Shown: positions 16,130 to 25,582, counted from the stretch's first letter. The stretch: 64,000 nt of DNA from a virus (IMGVR_UViG_3300018080_000020:1939-65938), one strand, 5' to 3'. Program-made: numbers and translations. The notes: generated by a model from the sequence alone, not told the origin.

Positions 16130-16351
16130 ATGGCAATTGCTGTAGACTCAATAATACGTGCTAATAATACACGTATGTTTAGAAGAACCGTAAACATTCC
16201 CGGGCTTCGTGGTGCAGGAGAGTTATTCAAGTATGGGGGATCTATGCCCAGTACATGGCACTATAGGAGAATTGATCAAGATATTGCTGGCTCATGTCAA
16301 GCTATATGTAGAGCACTATCTAAAAAAATAAGATCAGAAGATATAATTTAG
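16130..16351 (+). CDS. Hypothetical protein
   Basis: AGGAGG RBS. Confidence 0.6.
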   Translation: MAIAVDSIIRANNTRMFRRTVNIPGLRGAGELFKYGGSMPSTWHYRRIDQDIAGSCQAICRALSKKIRSEDII

Positions 16352-16385
16352 GTAAATTTTTTTTTAAAAAAGTCTCACTTGTGAG

Positions 16386-16413
16386 TTGACAAAGTAAAAA
16401 TCGTGACTATATT
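16386..16413 (+). promoter_or_regulatory. Sigma70-type promoter for the helicase operon, flanked by two operators
   Basis: TTGACA-N16-TATATT; operators at about 16371-16388 and 16450-16467. Confidence 0.78.
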
Positions 16414-16479
16414 ATGATTAATAGAGGGTAATATTTTTTTTTTCTTGACTGACTCATAAGTGAGACACAGGGGGCACTA

Positions 16480-17700
16480 TTGATAGACGTAAGCGTATTA
16501 AAACCACTTTTAGTTAAAGATACTTATAATAACTATAAGAATATTTTAGCTCAGATACCAAATATGGAACATGAGCTTAGGGTAATCTTAGACACTATAA
16601 AGACTTACTATAATAAGTACCCTGATAAGGCTGATATTAGTGTAGATGAGCTTAAAATACACTTTAATAACCAGTATCCAGCAATTAAGAATCGTCAGAC
16701 ATTACTGGCCCTGTTCGATAGATTTGAAAAGGCAGACGTTAAGAATATACAGTTACTTATAGACAGTATTAATCAGTTGTCTGAGATAGCTGTAGCCAGC
16801 ATGATTACTGAGGACTGTATTGAGATCGTTAACAACTATAAGCCTGACAGCCTACAGGCTATTCAAAAGCACTTAGAGTTTTACCAGCACCTTACTGATA
16901 CGCTCTCAACTTCAGAATCTAAGGTTTGTAAGCTAACACTTACGGAACTGCTTAGACTTGACTCTGATGAGTACGGTATCGATTGGGAACTTGACTTCCT
17001 TAAAAACAATATTGGATCACTTAAACCCGGTACTTTAGGTCATATATTTGCCTATTCAGAGACAGGTAAAACAAGCCTTGGTGTATTTGAGGCCGTTAAC
17101 TTTGCTAAAAAGATAGCAGCACCTGACTGTATTCTATACCTTGGCAATGAAGAGTCGGTCACCAGAACAAAGCTTAGAGCGTACTGTGCATTCTCTAAAT
17201 CAGAAAAGCCATCCGTGCGTGCCTATCAGGACAAGATTGAAGCATCTTGGGATAAACATATTGGGGATAAGCTTAAGTTCATTGATGATGTCCAGACGAT
17301 GGCTGAGGTCGAACAGTACATTCAAGACTTCAGGCCAAAGATTGTCTTCATTGATCAGGGCACTAAGGTTTACATTCCCGGGGATTACTCAGAAGTCAAG
17401 AAATTACAACAGCTATACAACAGATACAGGCAGCTTGCCGGACAAAACAACACGGCAATCATAACACTTGGTCAAGCAGATGCTACCTGTGCAAATAGAA
17501 GATACTTAAAGCTGAATAACATGGACATGTCAAAGGTAGGTATCCCGGGAGAGCTTGACTTAGCAATCGGGATCGGGAAGACGGATGAGGAAGGATTTGA
17601 ACAGAGGCGGTATCTTTCTATCTGTAAGAATAAGTTAACCGGGTCTTTAGATACCGGAGAGGTTGTCTTCTATAACACTAAGTGTACGTTTGAAAACTAA
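16480..17700 (+). CDS. Replicative DNA helicase (DnaB-like SF4)
   Basis: AYSETGKT Walker A; YLGNEE; IVFIDQ; LGQA; ICKNK motifs. Confidence 0.88.
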   Translation: MIDVSVLKPLLVKDTYNNYKNILAQIPNMEHELRVILDTIKTYYNKYPDKADISVDELKIHFNNQYPAIKNRQTLLALFDRFEKADVKNIQLLIDSINQLSEIAVASMITEDCIEIVNNYKPDSLQAIQKHLEFYQHLTDTLSTSESKVCKLTLTELLRLDSDEYGIDWELDFLKNNIGSLKPGTLGHIFAYSETGKTSLGVFEAVNFAKKIAAPDCILYLGNEESVTRTKLRAYCAFSKSEKPSVRAYQDKIEASWDKHIGDKLKFIDDVQTMAEVEQYIQDFRPKIVFIDQGTKVYIPGDYSEVKKLQQLYNRYRQLAGQNNTAIITLGQADATCANRRYLKLNNMDMSKVGIPGELDLAIGIGKTDEEGFEQRRYLSICKNKLTGSLDTGEVVFYNTKCTFEN

Positions 17701-17710
17701 GGAGGAGGTT

Positions 17711-18178
17711 ATGTTAAGGGGAATATCTGAAGAAGACTTAGTCTTTCTTAAAAAATTTTTTGATAAGATTAAGGTTAATGCAGAGACTGACTGTTGGGAA
17801 TGGCAGGGTAGTACTAATTCTGGTGGCTATGGTAACGGCTTTGAAAAACTGGGTGCTCATGTATGGTCTTATAAGTTTTTCGTTGGCCCTGTGCCTAAAG
17901 GATTGCAGGTATGTCATAGCTGTCATAACACTATCTGTGTTAACCCACTCCACCTTAGCATTAATACTGATCCCGGTAATAAGGCACAGAGTAAGGGTAA
18001 GATAGGTCGTAAAAAGGGAGAGCCTTTTCGTAAGTTAACAGAGGAGCAGGTTATTGAAATGCGTAGAAGGTATCGTGAGGAAGATATTAACATGGTTAAG
18101 CTTGCAAAGGATTATCCTGAAGTTACATACAGGCAGGTAAAACATATTATAAATCGTATCTGTTGGAAACATATATAA
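17711..18178 (+). CDS. HNH homing endonuclease
   Basis: CWEWQG...GYG...AH...VCHSCHNTICVNPLHL...N; C-terminal HTH; GGAGGT RBS before ATG at 17711. Confidence 0.88.
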   Translation: MLRGISEEDLVFLKKFFDKIKVNAETDCWEWQGSTNSGGYGNGFEKLGAHVWSYKFFVGPVPKGLQVCHSCHNTICVNPLHLSINTDPGNKAQSKGKIGRKKGEPFRKLTEEQVIEMRRRYREEDINMVKLAKDYPEVTYRQVKHIINRICWKHI

Positions 18179-18203
18179 ACTATCAATATTAGGAGGTAAA
18201 CTT

Positions 18204-18965
18204 ATGGCTAAGTCTAAGCTTCATCAGTTACTGGCAGTGGAAGGTGACCTTGGTGGTATCGCTGGCAAGGTTACCCTTGAGACAAGAACCAATTTTACAA
18301 AGCACCCTGACCGTTATATGGGCCATCGTACTTCAGTCGAACCCTTTGATGAGGGTGCAGCTAAAGAGGCTGATGACATTAAGGCCTTGGATGATACGGT
18401 CAAGGCTAAACTGGACTATACTGCGGAACACCTGTCCAGATACTTGGACTGTGTCCTTCAGAAGGAGGCCACTAATCAGGTCGCTTGTGCTGATCTGGTA
18501 GTGGACGGTGTCACTATCGCTACTAACCTTCCGGCTACCTTCTTGCTTGGCTTGGAGAAGAAGCTGAAAAATATTCGTGATAGCATCTATCAGGCTATCC
18601 CTACACTGCAGCCCGGTGTACACTGGGAGCTTGATCCCAGTCAGGGTGAGAACGTGTACAAGCGTGTACACCCTGAGGAACGCTTTCGCACAAAGCGTGT
18701 CCGTAAGAACCACGTGCTGGCTGAGGCTACTAAAGAACACCCGGCACAGGTAGAAATGTTCACTGAAGACGTGAACGTAGCCCGGGTGGTAAAGAACGTC
18801 TGGTCTGGGATGATCAGTGTGGCTGAGAAGTCTGCCCTGTTAGGCCGGGTAGAGAAGCTTCTTCGTGGAGTTAAAAAGGCACGTCAAATTGCCAATAATA
18901 CTCAAGTGGTAAAGGTCACTGTCGGCAAAGAGTTGTTTGACTATATTAATGCTAACAGTGTTTAA
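18204..18965 (+). CDS. Uncharacterised helical protein (253 aa), candidate partner of the downstream ncRNA
   Basis: AGGAGGT RBS; KLHQLLAVE, KEATNQ.A.ADL, PATFLLGLEKKL, EATKEHPAQV, VKKARQ.AN motifs. Confidence 0.85.
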   Translation: MAKSKLHQLLAVEGDLGGIAGKVTLETRTNFTKHPDRYMGHRTSVEPFDEGAAKEADDIKALDDTVKAKLDYTAEHLSRYLDCVLQKEATNQVACADLVVDGVTIATNLPATFLLGLEKKLKNIRDSIYQAIPTLQPGVHWELDPSQGENVYKRVHPEERFRTKRVRKNHVLAEATKEHPAQVEMFTEDVNVARVVKNVWSGMISVAEKSALLGRVEKLLRGVKKARQIANNTQVVKVTVGKELFDYINANSV

Positions 18966-18969
18966 TAGT

Positions 18970-19358
18970 TTGGGTTAAACTAAGCCTTAGCTTGAGCTTT
19001 AAAGGGTGGTGCTGGTATTGATACCTTAATTTGCACTGCTTTTAGCGTCAGTCTTTTGACCCAACAAGCTCAGTAAAGGTCTGCAAAATCCAGTAATCGG
19101 CATAGAGTCTGCCTTTAGTCAAGGTCGGGGGTTCGAATCCCTTACGCCCCACCACTTAAAAAGAACACTTGAGGGGCGTTAGCTCAGTGGTAGAGCATGA
19201 CAATTTAAGCTTAAGTCTCTATGGTTGATGGAAGAGTGCAGGTATCATCATTTTGACATCGATGATAATACAACTTGGGGGTGACAGGAAGGTTATCCAG
19301 TCATCCCCACTTATAACCCTAATATCGGCTTGGCCCCGGACATAGCCGGGGTCAGGCC
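18970..19358 (+). ncRNA. Large structured RNA with a circularly permuted tRNA-like domain (YrlA-like topology)
   Basis: T arm + ACGCCCC-A-CCA (19118-19154) precedes GGGGCGT + D arm (19173-19201); nested outer stems and flanking hairpins; no ORF. Confidence 0.82.
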
Positions 19359-19376
19359 AACATCTTCGGAGGAAAC

Positions 19377-19601
19377 ATGATAGAAAACTTTGCAAAGGTT
19401 ATAGAGATAGCTAATAAAGACTATGACGGACACTTTACTATTTTTAAGTTTACAACTGGCTATAAGGTAGTGTTCGGAACTCCGGGCATGGATGTGAAAG
19501 ATCGTAAGATCCTTTATAAACAGGTTCCTCAGTGTATGGATTTAGATAAAGCGTTTCTTCATGCTATCGCTCATAAACCTGTTTTAAATTTTGGAGGATA
19601 G
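19377..19601 (+). CDS. Hypothetical protein
   Basis: GGAGG RBS; DGHFTIFKFTTGYKVVFGTP. Confidence 0.65.
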   Translation: MIENFAKVIEIANKDYDGHFTIFKFTTGYKVVFGTPGMDVKDRKILYKQVPQCMDLDKAFLHAIAHKPVLNFGG

Positions 19602-19602
19602 A

Positions 19603-19956
19603 ATGAAATCACAAAACTGTACTACTTGCAAATGGGGCCAGTTAAAGCTCTGGAAAGAGGATCAAAAGAAGTCGACAGAGAAGTGTAATTCCTGTGTACT
19701 TTATAACAACTGGGAACCAATTTCAGAAGTAAAACAAGGGCCACCTAAACCCAAAGGGATACAATTGTTTGAGGCAGTTGCCTGTGGCCTACATGAATGG
19801 GATATGTGGCACAAATGTTTAAGGCAACCAGACTTAACGTATGTTCCTTCTGATCCCAGTGTAGTGGTCGAAAGGTTCAACAATGATATATTCTTTAGTA
19901 GGATGGTTAAAAATATAATGGAACTAATCAAGGGGATATATGATGGCAGAGATTAG
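19603..19956 (+). CDS. Hypothetical Cys-containing protein
   Basis: GGAGG RBS; CTTC...CNSC. Confidence 0.55.
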   Translation: MKSQNCTTCKWGQLKLWKEDQKKSTEKCNSCVLYNNWEPISEVKQGPPKPKGIQLFEAVACGLHEWDMWHKCLRQPDLTYVPSDPSVVVERFNNDIFFSRMVKNIMELIKGIYDGRD

Positions 19957-20153
19957 AAGAATAACAAAAAGGGGTGTAAAATACTTAATATACCAAAAAA
20001 GTATCAGGATAGATGGTGTTCCCGGTAATATCTTTTTTCAAAGAGAGCCAAACGGAATGGACATTGAGTTCCTTGACAGGGTCGTTGAGCTTGGTGAGCA
20101 TAGAATGAGGGAAAAAATTAAGGCTATTGAAAAACAAAGAGAGGTACTGTTAA

Positions 20154-20726
20154 ATGGTAGATTATAAGTTCTATATAGATATGGACGGTGTTTTCGTAGA
20201 CTTCCTACAGGGGTGTGCTAACTATTTTGGAGTTGCAAAGAGGCTTGAGAATGATTGGCCTAAGGGAGAGTGGGGAAACGCAAAAATTATTGAGGACTTC
20301 TTCGGTGTAAGTGAAGACGTATTCTGGGATGAGATTGGCTATCCCGGTTTCTGGTCAAGTCTAACCTATACCCTTGATGGTAAAGCTTTCTTAGATTTTA
20401 TATATCAGTATAAACCAACAATACTAACTACTCCATGCTATCGTGGTGCTGATGGTAAACAAATGTGGATTAGAAAAAATATGACATCCTATTGGAGAGA
20501 CAGAAGGTATATCTTTACACCACAGAAGCATCATATTTCAGGCCCCGGGAAGGTTCTTATTGATGACTCTGATAGGAACATTAAAGAGTGGGAAGACTAT
20601 GGTGGTATAGGTATTTTATATCCACGTCCTTGGAATAGGCTTCACTTTATATCTAACCCACTCTCCTTTGTAAAGGGCGCTGTTAATCATACACTTTTTA
20701 ATAACAGGTTTGAATTCGTAAGCTAA
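20154..20726 (+). CDS. HAD-family 5'(3')-deoxyribonucleotidase-like protein
   Basis: YIDMDGVFVDF; ILTT; LIDD...NIKEW...GG.GIL. Confidence 0.85.
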   Translation: MVDYKFYIDMDGVFVDFLQGCANYFGVAKRLENDWPKGEWGNAKIIEDFFGVSEDVFWDEIGYPGFWSSLTYTLDGKAFLDFIYQYKPTILTTPCYRGADGKQMWIRKNMTSYWRDRRYIFTPQKHHISGPGKVLIDDSDRNIKEWEDYGGIGILYPRPWNRLHFISNPLSFVKGAVNHTLFNNRFEFVS

Positions 20727-20735
20727 GGTTTCTTA

Positions 20736-22631
20736 ATGCGTGTAATAGCTCTGGACTTTGAGGCAACTACAAAGCCATTACTTCATCCTTGGATAGACGG
20801 TGCTTATGCTGTTATGCTATCAATCGTTGATAACACTGGCTTTAGAAAGTCATGGGTGTTTAACCATGATGAGCTATACAATCATGGTGATGATCCGTGT
20901 AAACAGGCTGATGATATAAAAGAGATCCAAGAGGAGATTAATCGGTCTGACAGGATGGTGGGCCAGCACCTTAAGTTTGACCTTAACTGGCTTAAACACC
21001 TAAATATAGACTTTAGTAATATAAAACTTTATTGCACTAAAATAGCTGATTATATAATTAACGGTCATGCAAGGATTGGTTATAGTCTGAATGATATTTG
21101 TAAAAGGCGTGGCATTCAGCTAAAGCATGATGATGTTAGAATGTACTGGGAACAGGGCTATGAGACAAGCCAGATACCCTTAAATATTCTTGTACCCTAC
21201 TGTGAGAATGACTGTGATATTACACTTCAGGTGTATTATGATCAAATATCTGATATTAAAAGGCTTGATCTGATAAGGCCTGTATCCTTAGCCTGTAACT
21301 TAATGGGGCTGCTATCAGAGATTGAGTGTACCGGAATGAAGGCTGATAAGGATCTTGGCATGATCTTAGTCAGTGATATTCAGCAACAGCTTGACCTAAT
21401 AGACCTTGGCCTTAAAGAAAAGCTCGGAGATATTAACCTATCTTCAGGTGATGAACTATCTGCTGCCCTGTTTGGTGGGATACTTAAACGCCCGGGCCGG
21501 GAGCAGGTTCACAGGAAACTTAAGTCTGGTAAGATAAAAACATACACCAGAAAGTGTGTAAATGAAGTTCCTATTGATGGTGCTGGTTTTACACCAGCCA
21601 AAGGTACAGAGACAAAGAAAAAAGGCTACTATCAGACTAACAAAGGGGTTATAGAACAGCTTGGCGCAAGGACTAAGGTTCAAAAGGATATTAAGAAGGG
21701 CCTCATATCAAGGTCTGCTATTGCTCAGTCCTTAGAGTCTCTCTGGGGTGAGAATGGAACTGGTATTATAAATAAAATACAGTCTGACGGTTGCATTCAC
21801 CCACAGTACAACCAAACCGTAACGGTAACCGGGAGGCTAAGTTCTCAAGACCCTAACGGTCAAAACCTTCCCCGGGAAGGAACCTCACCTATAAAACGGA
21901 TATTTATTCCACGCTTTGATCAGATAGTATCTGCTGATCTTGCACAGCTTGAGTGGCGTGTGTGTGCCCTACTATCTCAAGATCCTATTATGATCCAAGA
22001 GATCTGGGATGGTTCTGATGTTCACGGTGATAATGCTATCAACTTCTTTGGTGACATTGAGTATCGGAAGACCGCTAAGTTTTTTACGTTCAGAATGATC
22101 TACGGTGGCAGTGCCTATGGTTTCTATATGGACTATAAGATGCCCAACTTCTCACTTAAAAAATGGGAAGGTATAGTTGATGCATTCTATAATAAGTACG
22201 CTGGCCTTCGTGACTGGCAAATAAAAAACGTGAGGCACGTTATAAAGCATGGAACATTAACAATACCTTCGGGTAGGTTTTTCAAGTTCAATAAAATAAA
22301 GGGAGAGTATTCTCCAAGACAAATTAAGAACTACCCTGTTCAAGGTTTCTCGTTTGATATTGTTAAACTTGCTATGCTTATAATTAAGAAAAAGGTTCAA
22401 CACTTAAAATCACTAATGATAGGTCAGGTTCATGATGAGGTAGTATTCGATAACTATAGGCCTGAGTTTAAAGATCTTGGAAGAACCTGTATAATGGTTT
22501 TTGAGAACCTTCCAAACTATATGAAAAGTTATTGGGGCTTTGACTCTAACGTTCCGTTTACTGGTGATATAGAGAGAGGCCCTAACTATGAGGCAATGAA
22601 GGAGCTTCTAAGAGAATATTTTTTTAGTTAA
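20736..22631 (+). CDS. polA: DNA polymerase, family A, with 3'-5' exonuclease
   Basis: LDFE exonuclease motif I; TGRLSSQDPNGQN; ADLAQLE; RKTAKFFTFRMIYG; NYPVQG; VHDE. Confidence 0.95.
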   Translation: MRVIALDFEATTKPLLHPWIDGAYAVMLSIVDNTGFRKSWVFNHDELYNHGDDPCKQADDIKEIQEEINRSDRMVGQHLKFDLNWLKHLNIDFSNIKLYCTKIADYIINGHARIGYSLNDICKRRGIQLKHDDVRMYWEQGYETSQIPLNILVPYCENDCDITLQVYYDQISDIKRLDLIRPVSLACNLMGLLSEIECTGMKADKDLGMILVSDIQQQLDLIDLGLKEKLGDINLSSGDELSAALFGGILKRPGREQVHRKLKSGKIKTYTRKCVNEVPIDGAGFTPAKGTETKKKGYYQTNKGVIEQLGARTKVQKDIKKGLISRSAIAQSLESLWGENGTGIINKIQSDGCIHPQYNQTVTVTGRLSSQDPNGQNLPREGTSPIKRIFIPRFDQIVSADLAQLEWRVCALLSQDPIMIQEIWDGSDVHGDNAINFFGDIEYRKTAKFFTFRMIYGGSAYGFYMDYKMPNFSLKKWEGIVDAFYNKYAGLRDWQIKNVRHVIKHGTLTIPSGRFFKFNKIKGEYSPRQIKNYPVQGFSFDIVKLAMLIIKKKVQHLKSLMIGQVHDEVVFDNYRPEFKDLGRTCIMVFENLPNYMKSYWGFDSNVPFTGDIERGPNYEAMKELLREYFFS

Positions 22632-22633
22632 AC

Positions 22634-22651
22634 TGACTCACTAATGAGTCA
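22634..22651. promoter_or_regulatory. Palindromic operator TGACTCA-CTAA-TGAGTCA (best copy of a genome-wide motif)
   Basis: Perfect 7-bp inverted repeat; related copies at about ten other sites. Confidence 0.75.
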
Positions 22652-22665
22652 CTATAGGAGGAGCT

Positions 22666-23100
22666 ATGTTTAAAAAGTTAAAATCACTATTCGTATCATT
22701 ATTATTAACTGTAAGTCTTGTTTGCCCGGTTCATGCTATCACATGGCACACGGCAGATCAGGCAACGGTAGCTTGGCAGAAACCTGCAACATACTCGTCA
22801 GGTGCTACTATACCTGATGATGTTATTCTTGAGTATGAAATTTTTTCTGCACTTCAGGCTGATAAGTCTGATGCCGGAGAACCTATCGCTCGTACAGGTA
22901 ACCTACAGAAAGTTTTAACCATGACCGTTGAGGGTAAACACTACATTGGTGTTAGGGCTGTTCGTGTTGATAATGGAGAGGACGTTACCTATTCAGAGAT
23001 AGCTTGGTCTGACAATGCGGTTGCCTGTCAGGACGGTAATACTTTTGGCATTGTGTACTTCCTTGTTCCTAACATGCCATTCGGTCTTATTAAACAATAG
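22666..23100 (+). CDS. Secreted beta-sandwich (FN3-like) protein
   Basis: Signal peptide ending VHA; VAWQKP...YEIF...YIGVRAV...SEIAWS. Confidence 0.7.
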   Translation: MFKKLKSLFVSLLLTVSLVCPVHAITWHTADQATVAWQKPATYSSGATIPDDVILEYEIFSALQADKSDAGEPIARTGNLQKVLTMTVEGKHYIGVRAVRVDNGEDVTYSEIAWSDNAVACQDGNTFGIVYFLVPNMPFGLIKQ

Positions 23101-23108
23101 GAGTATTT

Positions 23109-23375
23109 ATGTCACAGGATAAGTGGAACCTAAAGTCAGCAATAGCTTGTGTTACTCGTAACGGTGGTACTGTTAAGAATGATACCGTTACCCATCCACA
23201 GCCCGGGCTTAAGGTGCTTGGGGCCATGGATTATCTCAAGAGCGTGTGTAAATATACTCAGTCGTTTGAGAAAGAGAAACCAAAAAAACAAAAGGAGGTA
23301 CATACAGATAAGGATGACCAACCCAGAGTGGTTGTAATTAAGAAACGTAAACCAAAAGCAAAGGAGGATATTTAA
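23109..23375 (+). CDS. Basic hypothetical protein
   Basis: AGGAG RBS. Confidence 0.6.
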   Translation: MSQDKWNLKSAIACVTRNGGTVKNDTVTHPQPGLKVLGAMDYLKSVCKYTQSFEKEKPKKQKEVHTDKDDQPRVVVIKKRKPKAKEDI

Positions 23376-23839
23376 TGCTTGTTACGGTAAATGATTGGTA
23401 CACTGAAAAGCGTACCTCAGCAAAGGGAAAGTCATATGATGTGACTGTGTTTAAAGGGATTAAACATGGCTATCAGGATGACCCGGATGAGGACTGGGAG
23501 AAGGCTCTCGTTACGTTCGGACGTGACGGTGAGTTTGCTGAAGAGATTAAGTCCTATGGTAAGGGTGCTCAGTTGCTTATACGCCATGAGAGAAGACGTA
23601 TAAATGATAGGCAACTCTGGAAGATTATTGAGATTGAACCGTGGGGTGATACAGAGGTTCAGGTTCCTAATGATGGAGCTAAGAAGGAAATTCCACAGAG
23701 TGAACTTGCACTTTTAGAAATGATAGCAAAATTGAAAGCTCAAGTTGAAGAGCTTTCCGGTGGTAAGGATATTAAGTCATCTGTTGAGTCTGACTCTGAG
23801 TTAAAGGAGCCTGAGCTTCCTGATGATGTTCCATTCTAA
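23375..23839 (+). CDS. Putative single-stranded DNA-binding protein
   Basis: Acidic C-terminal tail ending DDVPF; replication context. Confidence 0.6.
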   Translation: MLVTVNDWYTEKRTSAKGKSYDVTVFKGIKHGYQDDPDEDWEKALVTFGRDGEFAEEIKSYGKGAQLLIRHERRRINDRQLWKIIEIEPWGDTEVQVPNDGAKKEIPQSELALLEMIAKLKAQVEELSGGKDIKSSVESDSELKEPELPDDVPF

Positions 23840-23898
23840 AAAATTTCTTTTAACTAACTCACTTCTAATCTGGTGGGGGTTAATTCCCCCACCGAAAG

Positions 23899-24372
23899 GT
23901 GACTATGGCGTATATCAAGTTTAACCGTGCAGCATATGATGCGTGTGACTTTGCTGCTAAGGATATAATTAGTAAATACTTAAATAAACGTGGGTACTAC
24001 ACGCTTGCTGAAGAGAAACAAGACGCTGACATTAAAGCTTTAAAGCCAGTAGCACTTTCTGATGGAGATATTTTATATGATAAATATTTTTATGAGGGCG
24101 AGATTAAGTCCGGTTGGGTTGGCGATTGGCCTGAAAAGTTTAAGGATGTTCATATACCAAAGCGTAAGGAAAGGCTTCTTGAAAAACATGCAGGTTGGCC
24201 TTTAAAGTTTTGGGTAATATCGGGTGACTTTAAAAAGGCATGGGAGATTGACTCAAAATTTTTAAAAAAAGAATACTTAAAAGAGATTGCTAACACACGT
24301 GCTTGGACTGGTGAGTACTTCTACTGTATACCAATAGAGCACTGCAGACTAATTAACTTGGAGGAATTATAA
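23899..24372 (+). CDS. Hypothetical protein, possible PD-(D/E)XK nuclease-like
   Basis: DADI...YEGEIK motif. Confidence 0.55.
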   Translation: MTMAYIKFNRAAYDACDFAAKDIISKYLNKRGYYTLAEEKQDADIKALKPVALSDGDILYDKYFYEGEIKSGWVGDWPEKFKDVHIPKRKERLLEKHAGWPLKFWVISGDFKKAWEIDSKFLKKEYLKEIANTRAWTGEYFYCIPIEHCRLINLEEL

Positions 24373-25271
24373 TGAAACTTGAAAAGATACCGCCACTATA
24401 TGATGCGTTCAAGGAATATCAAAAAGTATACTCAAGCCTTGGTGCTGACTATAGTGTGACTGACCTTATTCGTCCTCCAAGGATCGTTCAGTTGTTTAAA
24501 CGCTACGGCAAGCTGATCGATAAAGAGGTTAGAGTGCTGGATACGCTTAGCTCTTTTCGTGGCAACGCTATCCATGACTTCTTTCGCAAGATGTTATACC
24601 GGATTGTACAGCAAAGACAGACAGAGGACTACCTGTTAGAGACAAGACTCTGGGATAGGATTAACGGACGTAAGATCTCAGGTGCAATTGACTGTCTTCA
24701 TAAAACAACACTGTATGACTTTAAGACCTGCTCCGTATGGAAGAAGATCTTTGGTCAGTATATAGACTGGGAGAATCAGCTTAACCTATACTGCTTCCTA
24801 TTATACCTTGTTAACAGACCAGTAAAAGATATTGCAGTCATAGCTTGGTATCAGGACTGGGATAAGCTTAAGGTCTTTAATGATAAGAAGTATCCACGGC
24901 AAGAAATGGAGCTTATACCATTAAACCTTTGGGATATTAAGACTCAGCATAAGTATATAACAGATCGTATTGAACTACACAAGAGTGCTGAATTTTTATC
25001 TGATGATGACCTTCCAGAGTGTACGGTAGAAGATATGTGGGCCAAGGAAGACACATGGGCTGTGTATAAGTTGACTAAACAGGGCAAGTTGCCCGGTAAG
25101 GCAAGTCGGGTATTAAAGTCAAAGACTGATGCTGATAAATGGGTAGCAAAGAAAAAGACAGGTGAACATAAAATAGTATTTAGGCCCGGGGAAAGGACAC
25201 GCTGTGAGCACTGGTGTCTGGTAGCACCTTACTGTAATCAGTTTCAAAACTATAAGGAGGAAAATAAATGA
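24372..25271 (+). CDS. PD-(D/E)XK exonuclease (Cas4/RecB-like)
   Basis: RGNAIH; SGAID; DFKT; QLNLY; C-terminal RCEHWCLVAPYCNQ. Confidence 0.85.
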   Translation: MKLEKIPPLYDAFKEYQKVYSSLGADYSVTDLIRPPRIVQLFKRYGKLIDKEVRVLDTLSSFRGNAIHDFFRKMLYRIVQQRQTEDYLLETRLWDRINGRKISGAIDCLHKTTLYDFKTCSVWKKIFGQYIDWENQLNLYCFLLYLVNRPVKDIAVIAWYQDWDKLKVFNDKKYPRQEMELIPLNLWDIKTQHKYITDRIELHKSAEFLSDDDLPECTVEDMWAKEDTWAVYKLTKQGKLPGKASRVLKSKTDADKWVAKKKTGEHKIVFRPGERTRCEHWCLVAPYCNQFQNYKEENK

Positions 25272-25582
25272 GAAGGGTAATAATTAAACCTATGACAGAG
25301 AGTGTAGTAGACATCACTAATACAAAAGAGTTTAAAACATACGTGATGTTTACTCGTAATGATGCCTACCTGTTAAAGAAGTGTAACCCGGTAGGTAAGT
25401 CAGGAAAGAAATGGTGCTGGATTAACCTCTTTCATCCCGGCAAGGTCATTGGATTCTTCACACCTACATTTATAGACCAAATTCAGTTTGGTGTCAGCCA
25501 GTTTAGAGTTTTTGAATGTGATCATGTCGGTGACTTGATTGACCTTCTTCAAGACTATGAAGAAGACTTACTGAGAGACTAA
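25268..25582 (+). CDS. Hypothetical protein
   Basis: GGAGG RBS; coupled. Confidence 0.6.
   Translation: MRRVIIKPMTESVVDITNTKEFKTYVMFTRNDAYLLKKCNPVGKSGKKWCWINLFHPGKVIGFFTPTFIDQIQFGVSQFRVFECDHVGDLIDLLQDYEEDLLRD

Noticed and set aside
19118-19201. Ordinary tRNA, attP/att remnant or two-piece tmRNA
   Set aside because: The halves are in reverse order with no anticodon loop; an att scar would not supply a complementary downstream 5' half; tmRNA needs G3:U70 and lacks a D stem, whereas here the pair is G3:C70 with a full D arm
24372-25271. Cas4 as evidence of a CRISPR system
   Set aside because: No repeat-spacer array or other cas genes seen; it is a standard phage replication exonuclease
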